Shown here: in pieces, positions 13,443 to 27,528 of the stretch | How the letters are laid out: every line of letters starts with the position of its first letter | Position numbering within the stretch: position 1 is the first letter of the stretch | Assembly (NCBI GenBank): GCA_964016885.1 | Contig: OZ024746.1 | Coordinates: forward strand, 44,950,001 to 45,014,000 | Length of the DNA: 64,000 nucleotides | Direction of reading: 5' to 3' | Origin: Eledone cirrhosa | Lineage: Eukaryota | The notes under the pieces: model-generated | The model's database searches: none | What the model saw: only the letters and a program-made list of their open reading frames with translations | What the model was told of the DNA's origin: nothing | Position numbers and translations under genes: made by a program

Positions 13443-14399
13443 TACGATGATTTTGTAATTTTTTTCTGTAGATGTGATGCTTTTAAGCTTCACTATTAGC
13501 GAAATGATCGGTATAGTATAGGAGACTAACCAGACTAACATTGTCTGCTTATTAACATATAGATATCTTCAAAGTGATTTCCATGTATATTATTAATTAG
13601 TCAAATACTTTTTCATATCATGCATTCATTGTCTTTCAACTGAGACAGTGTGGTTCAGTTGTGTTTTAGTGTCTATATAACATGAATATTCATAAGGATG
13701 TACTTTCAATTTTAAATTACTAAATTGTGGACAGAATACAGATATATTTCAATGAATATTTTCGTATAACTTCATAAACGGTGTTCAACTAATTTTGTCA
13801 CATCAATATTTATTCAACCTAACGGTAGAGTTCTAATATGTTTTATGCATTATGGTAAACATAACTAAAAGTTGTAGAAATTTGGTAGTGCGCGTCAGTA
13901 AATAGTAACTTAATAATTCTCTTGAGAAGAAATGAGTTTCAATATGTGCGCATATTCGATGGAAAAATGAACTTGAATGTATTACATTTCGCAATATATC
14001 AATCTCTGACTCTGTTGACTACCATCATATCAAACAAGCCTTCGCGTGTATGATATCGTAGGTAAAAAGGCTGTCATAAACCTCCAGGATCATCTTGGAT
14101 AATTATATTTCCGCAAAAATGTGTCGTCTATAAAATCAAAACCGTTACAAAATATTTGTAATGATTAGGTATTTAGATATATTTTATTATCAAACTTTTA
14201 TTAACGGTTCAGAGTATTTTGCTGCCATTTGCATAGGATATACATTTTCAAACGTTCCTAGTGGCATTGTATTGTGTAGCTCATTCCTTTAAAGGCCACC
14301 AGATGGAATTTGAGGACCTAGTTCTATTATATTTTTCATTTTCTGGATAGAATTGTTATGACTGTATAATCGCTTTTGAAAAGTTACTTTGTTGTTCTA

Positions 14400-14790
14400 A
14401 TACAGCGTTTTACAGTGACACATAGGTTAACATTTGTTGATTTATTCTCTGGCAAATATATGATATCCTTTGTAATGCAGGATCCATTTAGCAGGTATAA
14501 ATATTCTGTCTACATAAGCAGCATGCTTTACTTAGAAAGGATTTTCCAATAAGTGACTTAACGTTTAGCAAGTACGATGTATGGTATTTCAAGGCATTTT
14601 CCTTTCAATCCATTTGCGTCTTGGATGCCGTTATATGTTACTTAATTATCGGTGATAGAAGGCATTCCATCTCCTTCAACTTATGTTTCATGAATCCATG
14701 CAAGTTTTTCTTTTAGGTTTCTAAAGGTTTTGTATAAAGTTACATTCGGGAAATTAACTGTTGTTAAGTTTCTCCCTATAGTAATGTTCT
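14400..14790 (-). mobile_element. Ancient PLE ORF N-terminal remnant
   Basis: Minus-strand fragments RWNAFY and NGLKGKC resemble the PLE RMRWKAFF and YGLKSxKCP segments. Heavily decayed. Confidence 0.4.
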
Positions 14791-15199
14791 TGCCGAATGA
14801 TCTACATGTTTATGTAACTGACCGCGCTAATTTCCTTAAAGTATGCTCGCTGCTGAGATTAGAGATATATTCCGCTATTATGAAGGCGAATATGTTATTG
14901 AAATTATCTAATACGTATAACACTATAGGATATCGCATATCTATGTCATCGAACGGCTCGACGCGTACATGAATGATATGATGCAGGTCAGGTCTCTTGA
15001 TCTAGGCAAAGTCTTGTTAAATAGCTTCTAGCGTGCCTTATAACCTCTATGTTACCATCGTCTTCTACGTTGTAGCAACATTTAGAACCTTCTATAATGG
15101 ACCTTTAGAGATCGATGTATAAAACTTCTGAATGGATTTATGTATAAATAACTGTATCAAAAGACAATATTCTCTGTCAAGTTGAACACCTTGTTCGGG

Positions 15200-15450
15200 G
15201 TGGCTGATAGCCTATATAAGCGCAATAATAGCATAACTCAAACTATAAGTGAGGAAGCCTTCAATACAACATTAATACATTAATAGGGAATCAATGGATA
15301 TAGTAATAAATCTTAAAGTTGATGATAAATTAGAAACACTCAGCAAACGTAAAGTACTTATTATGATTAAGGATAATATAAACAACTTTGCTTCTAATAC
15401 AGGCTAAATATGAGATCGAATAACCAGACTAAATATGAGATCGAATTATT
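15200..15450 (+). mobile_element. Ancient PLE reverse transcriptase remnant
   Basis: INRESMDIVINLKVDDKLETLSKRKVLIMIKDNINNFASN resembles the PLE segment LxLDDRIE...AFITLKDHKENF just before RT motif 1. Confidence 0.6.
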
Positions 15451-15472
15451 TAATATAAATACATATAACATT

Positions 15473-15588
15473 AATAATTGTTTCTACTTTTTTAGCACAA
15501 GGCCAGCAATTACCCAGTGTATTACTGGTACTTTATTTTATCGACCCCGTAAGGATGAAAGGCAAAGTTAACCTCGGCGGGATTTGAA
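15473..15588 (-). mobile_element. tRNA SINE, 5'-truncated
   Basis: Matches the family 3' part up to the B box. Flanked by ACATTAATAAT repeats. Confidence 0.85.
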
Positions 15589-16658
15589 CATTAATAATAA
15601 CATCGATTAAGCAACTAACTTCATCCAAGAAGCAGTAATATAGTCAATACTTAATATATTAATATTATAATGGTGATGATATACAGTTTACAATATTAAA
15701 ATACCAGGGAATATTTTATGAATAATAACAGAATTGAATTGGCACATTGCGGCTTATTGGTTGACAAGTGAGGTTAGCGGATCTTTGCCATTCACTCATA
15801 TATATTTATACAAAAAACATCTGGATGCAGTCCAAAAATAATTTGGTGTATGTTTTCATCCCGTTCATTCAGCACGTTATAATATGTTCTGTTACTAAAC
15901 AGGATATATAGACATCGGATGTCGACTGCATAAAATGTGTGGTCAAATAATCTAATAAAGTAATTAATGAATTTGATGATTTTAGTAATGTTAATTCATT
16001 CGACGTGTATTATGTAAGAATGTTTCCTGGTAAGGTAAGGAAGAATATTTATCACTTCGCTTTTTCGCTCTTTGAAACCTTTCTAAGAGACATGATTATT
16101 TGAAACTTCACTATCTCAAACCTCATTCAGCTGCTATGCAATAATAAACTAATTCAATTATATCATTTCTAAAGATTTCTATATAACTATATTTCATAGG
16201 GGATTTCTCGCGAGCGTGACAAAAAAAGATAAATATTTACAATGTACTGTTAATGAAATATCATCATAGTAATCTAGCAGTCTGGGAAAGTTTTTTTCGT
16301 GACAATTAAGTATTTAAAATATTAATATAGCAAAATCTCGAAAATATTCCTCCAAAAGGAATTAAGACATATATTTAAAACAAAATCCTCAAAGCCGTTT
16401 AATGATGATATTTTAATTAAGTAGCAGTTGCATTGATTCAGAAGTTACAAAATAGCAATAACAACCCATTCTCATTGAGATAAAAATTAGAATGAACTAC
16501 ACACGTACGTTGCTTATTAATTAGCTGATGTATTAATGAAAATAAGATATAAATAAAAGTAAAATGGTGTTTGAAACTGAAATTTGAATAAAGATTATTT
16601 AATAACAGTGCATGTTTTCAAAATAATGATATATATGATATACTTATATAATCTTGTA

Positions 16659-16848
16659 ATAATTGTTTCTACGTTTGGCACAAGGCCAGCAAATACCTAG
16701 TGCATTACTGGTACTTTATTTTATCGACCACGTAAGGATGAAAGGCAAAGTTAACCTCGGCGGGATTTGAACTCACCACGTAAAGCTGTCATAACTCTAT
16801 GCTGCAAAGCATGGTCTAACGCTCTATCGATACTGCCAATCCACCGCC
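16659..16848 (-). mobile_element. tRNA SINE, full length with TSD
   Basis: Head GGCGGTGGATTGGCAG, B box GAGTTCAAATCC, Nin-like core CCTTTCATCCTTACG.GGTCGATAAAAT. TSD TAATCTTG(T/C)AATAAT. Confidence 0.92.
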
Positions 16849-17189
16849 TAATCTTGCAATAATAAAGTACGAACATAGATCCAATAAGAATATTAAATAT
16901 TCTAATGCTTAATTAATACAAGAACTGAAAATACAACTTGCCGGCCAAATTTTCTAACGTACATCAATATATAATAAACGCTAGATTATGTTCTTACAAT
17001 ACTTAATTTACAATGCGTGGACTGAAATGATGAAGTGGTAATTTCAATTCCAACCTGTGATACGTAAACATGTTCATAATATATTAAGTGATCCCAATGA
17101 ATTGAAATAACCTCAAACTGCTGTAAGGCATCGGGAGAAACGTAACTTGAGATCAGAAATCGCTGGAATACTAAGATAACATTAATCCA

Positions 17190-17370
17190 TTAATTGTTTC
17201 TACTTTAGGCACAAGGCCAGCAATTACCCAGTGCATTACTGGTACTTTATTTTATCGACCCCGTAAGCAAAGTCAACCTCGGCGGGATTTGAACTCAGAT
17301 CGTAAAGGGACGTAACTATGCTGGAAAGCATGGCGTCCGACCCTCTACCGATACTGCCAATCTACCGCCC
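17190..17370 (-). mobile_element. tRNA SINE, full length with TSD
   Basis: Same family. TSD TAACATTAATCCATTAAT on both sides. Confidence 0.92.
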
Positions 17371-17969
17371 TAACATTAATCCATTAATACTATCGATTTC
17401 GTAATGTAAATATGCCCACTTCTTATAAAAGTCTAAATATCAAGAGAAACTTTTAAAATTAAATAAATATCCAAGTTCATCTACCACAATATTAAAGGAA
17501 TCAGAGTGTGGCTGATTTATTTTGGGGAGGTGTGGTTGGAACTGTATGCCAATATACCGAAGATTGTGCATATCTCTGCTTGTCTGCTTCAGTATTGTTA
17601 TAGCGCCTTTTCGGATAACTTTTGTCAGAAAGTTCTCTAAAAAGCAAGTTCGACATTCCTCAGAAATTTTCCTGTTGTTATTTATTGAAACCAGGAAAGT
17701 TCTCTAACCCAAAATCAACGACCGGGTGATTCCGCTTTCATACACACAGTAACACGTCATTTCGAAAGATATTGAAAGTCTGTTTGAGAAATCTGTTTAG
17801 TCCAGTGCTGCTGAAATCGGTGTAGATGGATGTGGATACTGAGTAACATTATGTCATTGAGAGTTTTAATTTATGTTATTCTATTCTGTCAGTGAATATG
17901 TAGTATTCTGTATGAGCAGTTGGTGTGCATTGGTTTTTGTGATGTAGATGCTGTAATTTGTACTTGTCT

Positions 17970-18560
17970 AATTGGTAGATAACTGCTATCAAGACAAAAC
18001 ATTTCAAAGCCTTCAGTAAGGTCTGTAAGCTCGGAAGATACCTCAGCCTTTACAACATTTCGAAAACTGTTATGCTAATTCCGCTGATCTGTTGTTGACT
18101 TCACCATCGATGTTAAGAGTTCATGATATTTTACTGTCAAGGTATGTGGACCAGCAAACTGTCAGTAGAGTATGAGTGTTCAAACTAATTTCAGACGCCA
18201 AAAATTTCCTGTTAGAGGCCGGGTACTGCATAAACTCAGACTTTGCGTGTCAATAGGCAGGTCTAAGACATCGAAGACAGGAAAAGCTATTCATATACTA
18301 GTGCAACTTAGACTTTTCACCTGCGTGGAGAGAACTGCCATTCGTAAATAAGAATCAAGTTACAGTCACTTCGTTTATGGGAAATCGCCTTCGTTTATCT
18401 TCAAATTCTCCCAATATTTTGGTTTCAATTCCAGGCAGGTATCACTGCGCAGTTGTATCCTGTCACTAGAGGTACGTTAAGCGATTTTCCACCGTCGTAG
18501 CGATCATCTATTAGCATGATGGTAATTTAAATTGGGACGTAGATATTCTATATATATGAA
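17970..18560 (-). mobile_element. Ancient RTE (BovB-like) RT remnant
   Basis: Minus strand TYLDSKIS*TLNIDGEVNNR and LQTLLKALKCFVL resemble RTE FTYLGSxLS...IDDEVNNR and LxTKLKVYKAVVL. Confidence 0.65.
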
Positions 18561-18770
18561 TGTTGTTACTCTGGAGTTTGTATTGTTTACATACATGGTT
18601 GTAAAGGGAAACCCCAGATAAACAAGACTCAAATTTTACGGTAATAAAATATATATTAATCTCTACTGTGGTAGTGTCCTCTCATTCTGGTAACCGTTGG
18701 TACTAAGCACACACACATACACAGACAAACACACACACACATATACACACATACACGCACACACACACAC

Positions 18771-18801
<31 letters not shown>

Positions 18802-18988
18802 CGATATTAAATAAATGGAAACTATATTTATAAAACCATATTTATTTCATTATATATATTTCAGGGATATCATATTAACAATATGCTATGCCTTCCTCAG
18901 ACAAAATACAATATAGACAGTTTTATAGATAAATAGATTTGACATACCGTTCAACATCGACTTGTATTTGAAAAGTTGATTTGGCAGT

Positions 18989-19044
<56 letters not shown>

Positions 19045-19048
<4 letters not shown>

Positions 19049-19279
19049 ATAATATATATATATAGTAATAATAATAAATTTGAAGACTAAAATCCAAAGA
19101 GGGCTCGATAAGGATAAATATATATCAAATATATAAGAACCGTAGAGCAAATATTTATTAAAATAACAGATTAAAGTTTAAGCAAAGAATCGCTGCTTTC
19201 ACCCTTAACGGGATCTTCTGAAGATCCCGTTAAGGGTGGAAGCAGCGATTCTTTGCTTAAACTTTAATCTGTTATTTTA

Positions 19280-19287
<8 letters not shown>
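19045..19287. mobile_element. Short HHR-bearing family A, fold-back copy in (TA)n
   Basis: Palindrome 19151-19287 centred on T19219 within CTGAAGA. HHR layout: CTGAAGA TCCC-GTTAA-GGGT GAAA GCA...TGC TTA. Further pieces at about 35853-35905, 36103-36165, 40190-40300 and 51940-52020. Confidence 0.75.
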
Positions 19288-19314
<27 letters not shown>

Positions 19315-19318
<4 letters not shown>

Positions 19319-19496
19319 AGTAAGTAAGACCCCGACGGCTGAGCTCAAGCCGTTTCGACGGCTAATTCTGTACCGTCGAAACGGCTTGAGCTCAGCCGTC
19401 GGGGTCTTACTTACTCATATTACCCACTCTACTACCCTAAGTATTGAGTACGTTGGTGCGTTATGGTCCACCTGGTTCCTTACCACTTTTCCTTCG

Positions 19497-19498
<2 letters not shown>
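19315..19498. mobile_element. Short HHR-derived family B, fold-back copy in (TA)n
   Basis: Palindrome 19318-19416 with a GACGG-loop-CCGTC centre, followed by GAAAC GGCT...AGCC GTC GGGGTC (HHR 3' half). Other copies at 41365-41527 and 56419-56505. Confidence 0.7.
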
Positions 19499-19532
<34 letters not shown>

Positions 19533-20649
19533 AATAAGCGTATATACACACATACATTTATACATGCATACACACATACATTAAAATAACTTGAATATTT
19601 AGAAGAAACCAGAGCTATTCTCGAACTCAAACAGACATAGGTGATAAATATACATTCGTCCTAACACATCAGATCCATACCTCACAAGTAAAACTAATCA
19701 GATGTGTACGTCTAAACTTTGTTCCAGCACTCTAGATAAACAAACGCTGACCTTCGTACATTCCTTCTATGCAGTAGGTGAATTACATAGTTTCTATAAT
19801 GATAATCTGCAGCGACTGTGATTTCATTATGTATTTCGCATAGAACTATTTCTCCTGGAATTAACACATAACCAGTACATTTATTCGAATCTACCACCGA
19901 CTCCTACCCATTAGTATCGAGACATGATGTACAAACACACACCGCCAGTAACCTAACGTTCAGCTACCAGAAGCCGAACTGACTCAAACGAGACCATATA
20001 ACCAACCATGAGTCTAATCGAATTCCTAACTCAATCATCGAAATACAAAACCTGAGAAGAATGAAGCGAAGCCATATGTCAGCCATGTATAGAGTATCGA
20101 TAAACTAAGTATAGTTTATCCATAACAGACGACCCCTGGATCTCAACTAATTTGTCGACACATCTGTGTTTGATAGTTAAGAACTGACCTAAAACAATAT
20201 AATAACTATTTATTACACATGCACACAGCTAAACATTTATGAGGAAAGTATCGGCTGAAAATATTGAGCTCAGTAATTGACTGATACATTAATTACTCAA
20301 CTTTATTTCACATCGGTATGATTTGAATTTCGATCATAAAAACCGTTAACTAGATAACACAAGGCATTTTGTACGACGCTCAGATGTCACTCAACATCTA
20401 TCTCGTAACTTATAACATTAATTTTTGAATAACTTAGACATCAAAAAAAAAAAGGGATGGTAATGTTTAGTACGCCGATATAAAGGTTCGACATTCGTCT
20501 AGTTTCGTGTCATAGATTTACTAATGATTTGGACTAACCAACAAGAATTTTCTAAAATAATGATTATTTATTTTCGATAACAGATTCTTTTTGTATATAT
20601 ATTTAAATATAAATCGAGTTGTGTATAGATTTTCAGTAAAATCCATATA

Positions 20650-21745
20650 ATCTATATTATAGATGAAATACTTATATATGTGAAATGTTTACGATGATGC
20701 GAAGGACATATGACCGTATGTAACATACTCCTATGTGGAGGAATGTTACGTAATTCTAGTGTAAGATACTCTTTCAAAATATCTAAATATCGATAGTCAA
20801 TAGGAGTGAATCACTTCCAATAGTGGGATTCACCTATTACCATAATAAATCTTATGTATATTTTAAATTGTATGCGTAATTTAATATGGCTTAAATAATA
20901 TATAAATAAATATATACATTATATACATTAATATACGTATATATACACACACACATAGACTCTCCCCATATATATATATATATATATATAAGGGGTGTAT
21001 ATATATATACACGCATATAGAGAACGGTAACAAATATATTCGAGCAGCATGTAAATTTAATTTTCCGAAGAAAAATATGGGAAGGCCTTCATGATGGATC
21101 CTATTGAAGCAACAAACTTATAGATATCGGGCAACTCCAAACGGCAGGAAGAAACTGAAGTTCAAACAACACAAAGGATATGTGAACAAAGAGCAAGAAC
21201 AGAAGGTTTACGATTTTAAAAGTTTCCCGAGTGGGACTTTGCTTTGTTTAGTTACAAACCACATCAAGAATATGACTCACACCCTTTAATTAGATTTTTC
21301 TCAATGAACACATTTTGTCGAAATTGTGGAGCGGAAAAATGGAATAGTGAGTCAACTGGGGTATGCTGCTTAAATGGAAAGATTAAGTTGAAACTATTAC
21401 CTAAACCACCAGATCGTTTGAGGGGACTGCTGATTGGCAGAGCTAGTGAATGAAGACGCTTTCTTCTAAATATCCAGAAGTACAATAATTCATTCCAAAT
21501 GACATCATTTGGGGCAAATGTCATCAATGGATGTGGCTGCATGCCCACTTTCAAGATCCAAGGTCATTTCTACCACAGAGTTGGAGAAGAACAAGAACGA
21601 AAATATTTACTGTATTTTAAGGTACGAAAAGAATAATGAATCAAAGTATGAAATCCCATTGCTACTACAAAATGTTACATACAAAAAACAACTATATTAG
21701 AATTTTCAAATATACACGGGCAACGCCAGATACCTCTGCAAATAT
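20650..21745 (+). mobile_element. Internally deleted Helitron with a RepHel N-terminal fragment
   Basis: CRNCGAEKWNSESTGVCCLNGKIKL...PPDRLRGLL...FLLNIQKYNNSFQMTSFGA...PTFKIQGHFYHRVG (about 21310-21585). A/TC-like start at 20650; 3' hairpin-like CACGGGCAACGCCAG at about 21715. Confidence 0.85.
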
Positions 21746-21748
21746 ATA

Positions 21749-21837
<89 letters not shown>

Positions 21838-21866
21838 AAAACAACAGACCCTCCATCTCAACTATA

Positions 21867-21902
21867 CTTTTGAAAAGCAGAAGAACTGCGAAACCGGTAA
21901 AG
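21867..21902 (+). ncRNA. Minimal hammerhead-like motif in a ~220 bp insert between TA arrays
   Basis: CTT TTGAAAA GCAG-AAGAA-CTGC GAAAC CG GTA AAG. Palindromic stem III ACCGGT; core degenerate. Confidence 0.55.
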
Positions 21903-24599
21903 GAACCAAATAAATATACATATTTTTTTTAAAATAAGACTCCAGTTGCATTTTCGATTTCATCTTTTTTTCTTTATACTTTCACTCGTGTAGAACACCT
22001 CGGTTATTTTAAATTTTGTAAAAAAAAGCCAAAAAACAACCCCTCACTTTCTAATATATATATATATATATCTTACAACAAAGAATATTTAGTCAATGTA
22101 GTATTTTATCAATTATTACTTTATCGCACTCTAGAAGACAAGATAGTGACGTGCAAATGTTGTCAAAAAATAGCGTAAAGTTACACATAAATTTAAAGAG
22201 AAGCAAGTCTTATGCTTGTATCTTAGGATTTACTAGTATGAAATTGATTACTTGCATAATTGAAAATCTTCCATTAGCTTTATTTTTTTTTTACATTTCA
22301 TTTGTTGAAACGCGTGCTCGTCGAAAAAAACTGTCTTAATTTATTTTTAGTTTCTTTATTTGTTGTATTCACACACACGCACTCTCTCTAACCCCCCCCC
22401 CCCCCACACACACACACATATATATATACGTATGCATGTATAGACGCATGTTTCGAGTACATGTTTCACATGAGGTTTTCTGAATCGGCTGTTAATTTGA
22501 TGCGACATTCGAGGTGCCGAGATTCACACTACGATTCAAATTACAGGTCTCATATGCAAAACTGCACATGGATCCTACATGAATAATATTAAAACAAAAA
22601 GAAAAAAAAACATTTATTACAGCGATATTACCTATGCTTCAATGCATCTAACCTTCTTCCTACAAAAATGAAATGCATGAAAACGAATGCATAGCTATTT
22701 TAAATATTACAACATGATATTTTTGACAAAACCTCCATTCCGCAAATTAATTAAAGAAAAGTTTTCATATTCTAATTCTTGTATCTAGCCATTACTTCAC
22801 ACTATATTGTGTACATAAACAGTAACTCCTTCGTGTGTATCCATTTAAACACTCCAGCCACGATATTTTATTTTCTCGTTCATGAAGTGTAACCAATATG
22901 ATAAAGACCCTCCCTCTCTGTCCAAACACTATCACCTAAATATTTTCACCTTCATAGTCACATTTGGGAATTCCATGTAATTTTCTCTGCAGCATTATAC
23001 TTTTCATTCATTCTATGCACTCTAAAGTCACAAAATATCAGCCACATGTAAAAGCAAATAATGTCACAAGAAACATAAATGAATTACGAATGGTTTATGT
23101 AAACGTGACGGATCATTATATTAAGTGACCAAAATATATCGTAATTACTGAAAGTACCCATTCATTGATAGAATAATTATAGTGGACTATCAGTATTTAA
23201 AATAGCGATGCAAACGTGTTTTATGATTTCTGAAAGAAAATGTGTTTTGAAAGACACATCAAAACATAATAGTGGACACAAGTTATTGCTCACAATAACG
23301 TTGTCTGTGTCACAGACATACACACAAATATGAGTTACCAATATGGTACAACACTTCGCAAACCATAGTCGGTTCAAGTATAAGAACACTGATTTATCTA
23401 TCCATTGGAGCTCTGGGCCCTCCCCTCTACTTACCTTAGATAGGTCCTCCAACTCCTCATAAATTCTCGATATCCACCTCTAATCTTCACCGATTTTCTT
23501 AACTCTTTTTCTTTCTATCCATTCTTCCTTTACTTCCCTCCATCTGCCTATATACTTCTGTGTATGGGGAACCACATACGCATAAGACTTGCGTATGCAC
23601 ATACGTCTGTCAGCGTGTGTGCACTTGCCCGTGATGTATAGATGACATTACTTCTACATACTACTGATATTTGACTGTGCGCACATGAACAAAATTCCGT
23701 CAATGTGAACCCACTATCCCAGGTCTGAATTGCACACACGCATCTAGCAACACTCATGCTTTAATCCAAAACACACAGCCTCATTTTTCTATACAACAGC
23801 ATAGATAGGGACACTGTGCACTGACTTAACGACCTTTACCGCCAGCAGAATCAAACTGATAAAGAGATTAAATAGATTAATGAACAGTTTTATAACACTT
23901 CAGGAACCAGAACGGTTGACCATAAACTGAAAAGCCTGAATAATTTTAAGAAACTGACCCATTTATACCATCTACTAATGCTACCGCATTTATAATTCCC
24001 TCCTTTAGGAACACCACATTGATGTACAGCTCGCCAGGTCGCCAGATAGGTTTTATTCGTTGATTCTGCTGAGGAGGTCTTTCGTGCTGTCACATATCTG
24101 GGGGTCATTTCATGTAGAGAAAGATGGAGAATCTTTAGTTGTTGGCAATGTTGGCTCCACAGACTGACAGTGTTGGTGGTCCTGTGATGGATCACTATTT
24201 GTTTTATAGTATTTGCGAAGTTAATAGAGCATCGGTATGTCATTGTTCCCGGTCTGGATCTTGTTAGCTAATTAGGATTCATGAATTAGCCCATATCATC
24301 ATGTGAGCGTTGAGCGTCTTTTCTCTTTCATCGTGCTGTTTTCCGTGTGTTGATAATGCAAGTCGGCCTGTAGCACAGTAGAAAGGAGAAAAGAACACTG
24401 GCAAGAACTCCAAGATTGGAAACACCTATCAATACTACACCAACATGCCAGAATGGAACATGGGAACATACTAAAGAACATTGCGATGAAAATTATATCC
24501 ACACACAGAAAAGACGCAATGCTCCGATAGTTTACAGAAACGACAAACATAAACGATCTCCAACCAAAATTAACAGAAATCGAGTGGAGTAGCAAACAC

Positions 24600-25060
24600 A
24601 TCACATCGTAGTAACTAAAGAAAAGTCAAAGACGTGTAGAGACATAAAGAAGGAAACAAATAAAACAAACCAAACACACACACACAGAGCAGCTAACCAA
24701 CCAGTGAATAGTAAAAATGTATAAATATATAAATGAATAAAGAAAGAAAGAAATATAACAAAAAATGTAAACACACCACAAACCCGAATATAACGCATGC
24801 GCAGCCAACGTGCACAATTCACAAAAACAAGTTGGTGTATGATAGAAAAAAGAAGAGACACAAAATATCAACAAATGTAGTCACTGGGGAGGTCACAGAA
24901 TGTATGGCGAAACAGCTTTGATGACAATCAATAACTGAACAACCACTCGGTTATTAAACTAACCGACTGGGAAACTATCATAATAAATTGAAGTGAAAGC
25001 CTACAGGTTCGTGTTATTTTTTTTATTGGCAGCATGATTCTTCGAAAGTAAAAGAATATA
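24600..25060 (-). mobile_element. Dispersed repeat (probable DNA transposon end), homologous to 44795-45200
   Basis: Shared segments between the two loci: CATG(C/T)TGCCAATAA, TTTCACTTCAATTTATTAT, ATTCTGTGACCTC..CAGTGACT. Confidence 0.6.
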
Positions 25061-26005
25061 TATAATGTGTCTTATCATTAATATATCTTTCAAATTACCC
25101 ACAATACACTGAATGGTTCTTTTTTAGCTTTCGCTGTAGGCACTCTGATATGCTATAATTAGCTGTTATATAAAAAGTAATTTTGGTTTACATCTTGTAA
25201 TGGAAACATATCAATATTTTCAATGAGCTATACATTCTTATAGTGCTGTTAAGAATAAATGTATAGTTATCCCAAATTTACAATCTGCTATATAGAACTA
25301 GTGTAAAGATTTACAGTTTCTTGCAATCCAAATGCTTCCCCTGCTATATTGGTGGAGTCACTTCTGGCTTTATCGATTTTAGCGTGCAGAGATTTTTGTT
25401 AGAGTATCATTACGTTATGGAAAACGGTTTTTTTCTTTCATGAGACTTCCAGTCTTTATATGAAAACAATATGCCGTAATTACCAATAAACTTACATCCT
25501 GAAAACAAGTTAATACTGAACTATTGAATGTAACTCAGACATAGACGCACCACTACTCTTACGATATATCAAGCAACAAGACAACTACCTATGAACCTGG
25601 CACCAACCTCATACGCTAAATGGAGCATCCATAAAATACCCCATCTGTCTTCTAACCAGACACATCACAGAACGTAAACTACAACCAATCATCATATTGA
25701 AAAAACACAAATATACCACATACATTCCAGACAAAAATACTATGTATTATCTACATCTCCTCAATTTTCCATAGCACACATGAAATAAATTCTCAATGTA
25801 ACACTGCAGGTAGACGCTGTAACACTAGTTTTGTATTCAATCTGCAGTAAGTAATTGTGTATGTTTGCATGTGTGTATCTCGGGGAGACTGTGAGTGTTT
25901 GTATTCTAAATATATCTGTGCACGTGTATATTAAGCATATGCTTGATTATGGCACTATATAGATGTGTGCATATATGTTAGAGTGTTTCTATATATATGT
26001 AAATG

Positions 26006-26137
<132 letters not shown>

Positions 26138-26294
26138 AATGTATGTATTTATATATATATATATAAATGTGTATAAATGTAAATGTATATATATATATGT
26201 GTCTGCGTGTGTGTTTGTGTGTGTGTATGTGTACATATTCATATGTGCACGTGTGTGTGGGGGAGTATGCATGTATGTATGTATCTCTATATAT

Positions 26295-26535
26295 ACTATA
26301 AAAGCTTCACGGCACAGGCATTGCTTTATATCTGGAGATCTCTCTGCACTTGTCGTCACATGGTACCATGGGCCCAGCACTATGTGTCAATAATTGTCAC
26401 AAGACTAGCGTTTGTACCAGAGTTTTCAAGTCGCTGGCTGGACTAAAAAGTCACACTCGTTCAGCGCATCAGTAGGGGTTCTCCTACATGGGTATAAAGT
26501 AGTGGCCGTACTCGAAAACGAATTGGCAGCCACCA
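26295..26535 (+). mobile_element. RTE-derived non-autonomous element, 5'-truncated copy
   Basis: Nearly identical to 32316-32555. C2H2-like remnant ([17 protein letters not shown]) and 3' hairpin CTCGAAAACGA(G/A). Confidence 0.8.
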
Positions 26536-26873
26536 TATACTGTATATAGTATTATATGTGATCAATCCGGAGGGCATCTATCATACTCAGACACTCAGAT
26601 GCTCAGACAGTGTCCGTCTTACCGAACTCTGCCATGGACATCTAGTGTCAAGCAAGGAAATCATACACCGGATAAACAAATAGTTTCTTCAGACTACTGT
26701 CTCCATTGTCGATATGTAGATTACTGGTATCTATCAACGTGATGTTATAGTATTTAGATTATAGAGCGTACCTAGTATCCTACTGCGCAAATGTATCTCA
26801 TATAATTCATATAGAACACACACACGCACACACACACATATATATATACACATATATATGTATATACACACAC

Positions 26874-26975
<102 letters not shown>

Positions 26976-26994
26976 ACTTTAACTTTGATAACTT

Positions 26995-27380
26995 TGATAG
27001 GTTTCGGCAAGTATTGGCCAAGCCATGTCTAACTTAATACCACCTCCTGGCAAAGTCTTACAAATCAGTGTTTGGGCACCATGGCCCACTCGAGCAGAGA
27101 GTTATTGTTTACGGAGGCATATCTGGGTGTAGGAGGCTTATCCGGGATTTTTTAAAGGAATTATCCGAAGAATTTATCCAAATACTTCTTGAACTTGATG
27201 GGGTCTGTCTCTGCTTTGATGTGTCTTGGTGTAATGTTAAAGAGTGCAGGGCCAATTGAGGTGAAATAATTGTGCCGTATTGTTGTTATGTGATGCGAGT
27301 GAGATTTTTGTCGTGGGCGGATAGTACGGGGCCCAAGCCTCGGGTGTACACTAAAGGTGATGCCAACATCATTTGCCAGC
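26995..27380 (-). mobile_element. CR1/L2-group LINE 3' fragment
   Basis: NYFTSIGPALFNITPRHIK...FKKYLDKF...IPDKPPTP.Y...NNSL is a typical CR1/L2-group ORF2 C-terminus. Confidence 0.75.
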
Positions 27381-27470
27381 ATGATATATATATATATACA
27401 CATACATATATACATATATATTAAGAGAGAGAGAGAGGGAGAGAGAGAGAGAGAGAGAGAAAGGGAGAGA

Positions 27471-27528
<58 letters not shown>

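Noticed and set aside
23890-24604. 117-aa and 101-aa minus-strand ORFs as a transposase or gag
   Set aside because: Probably internal to the 24600-25060 repeat, but I could not identify any diagnostic motif.
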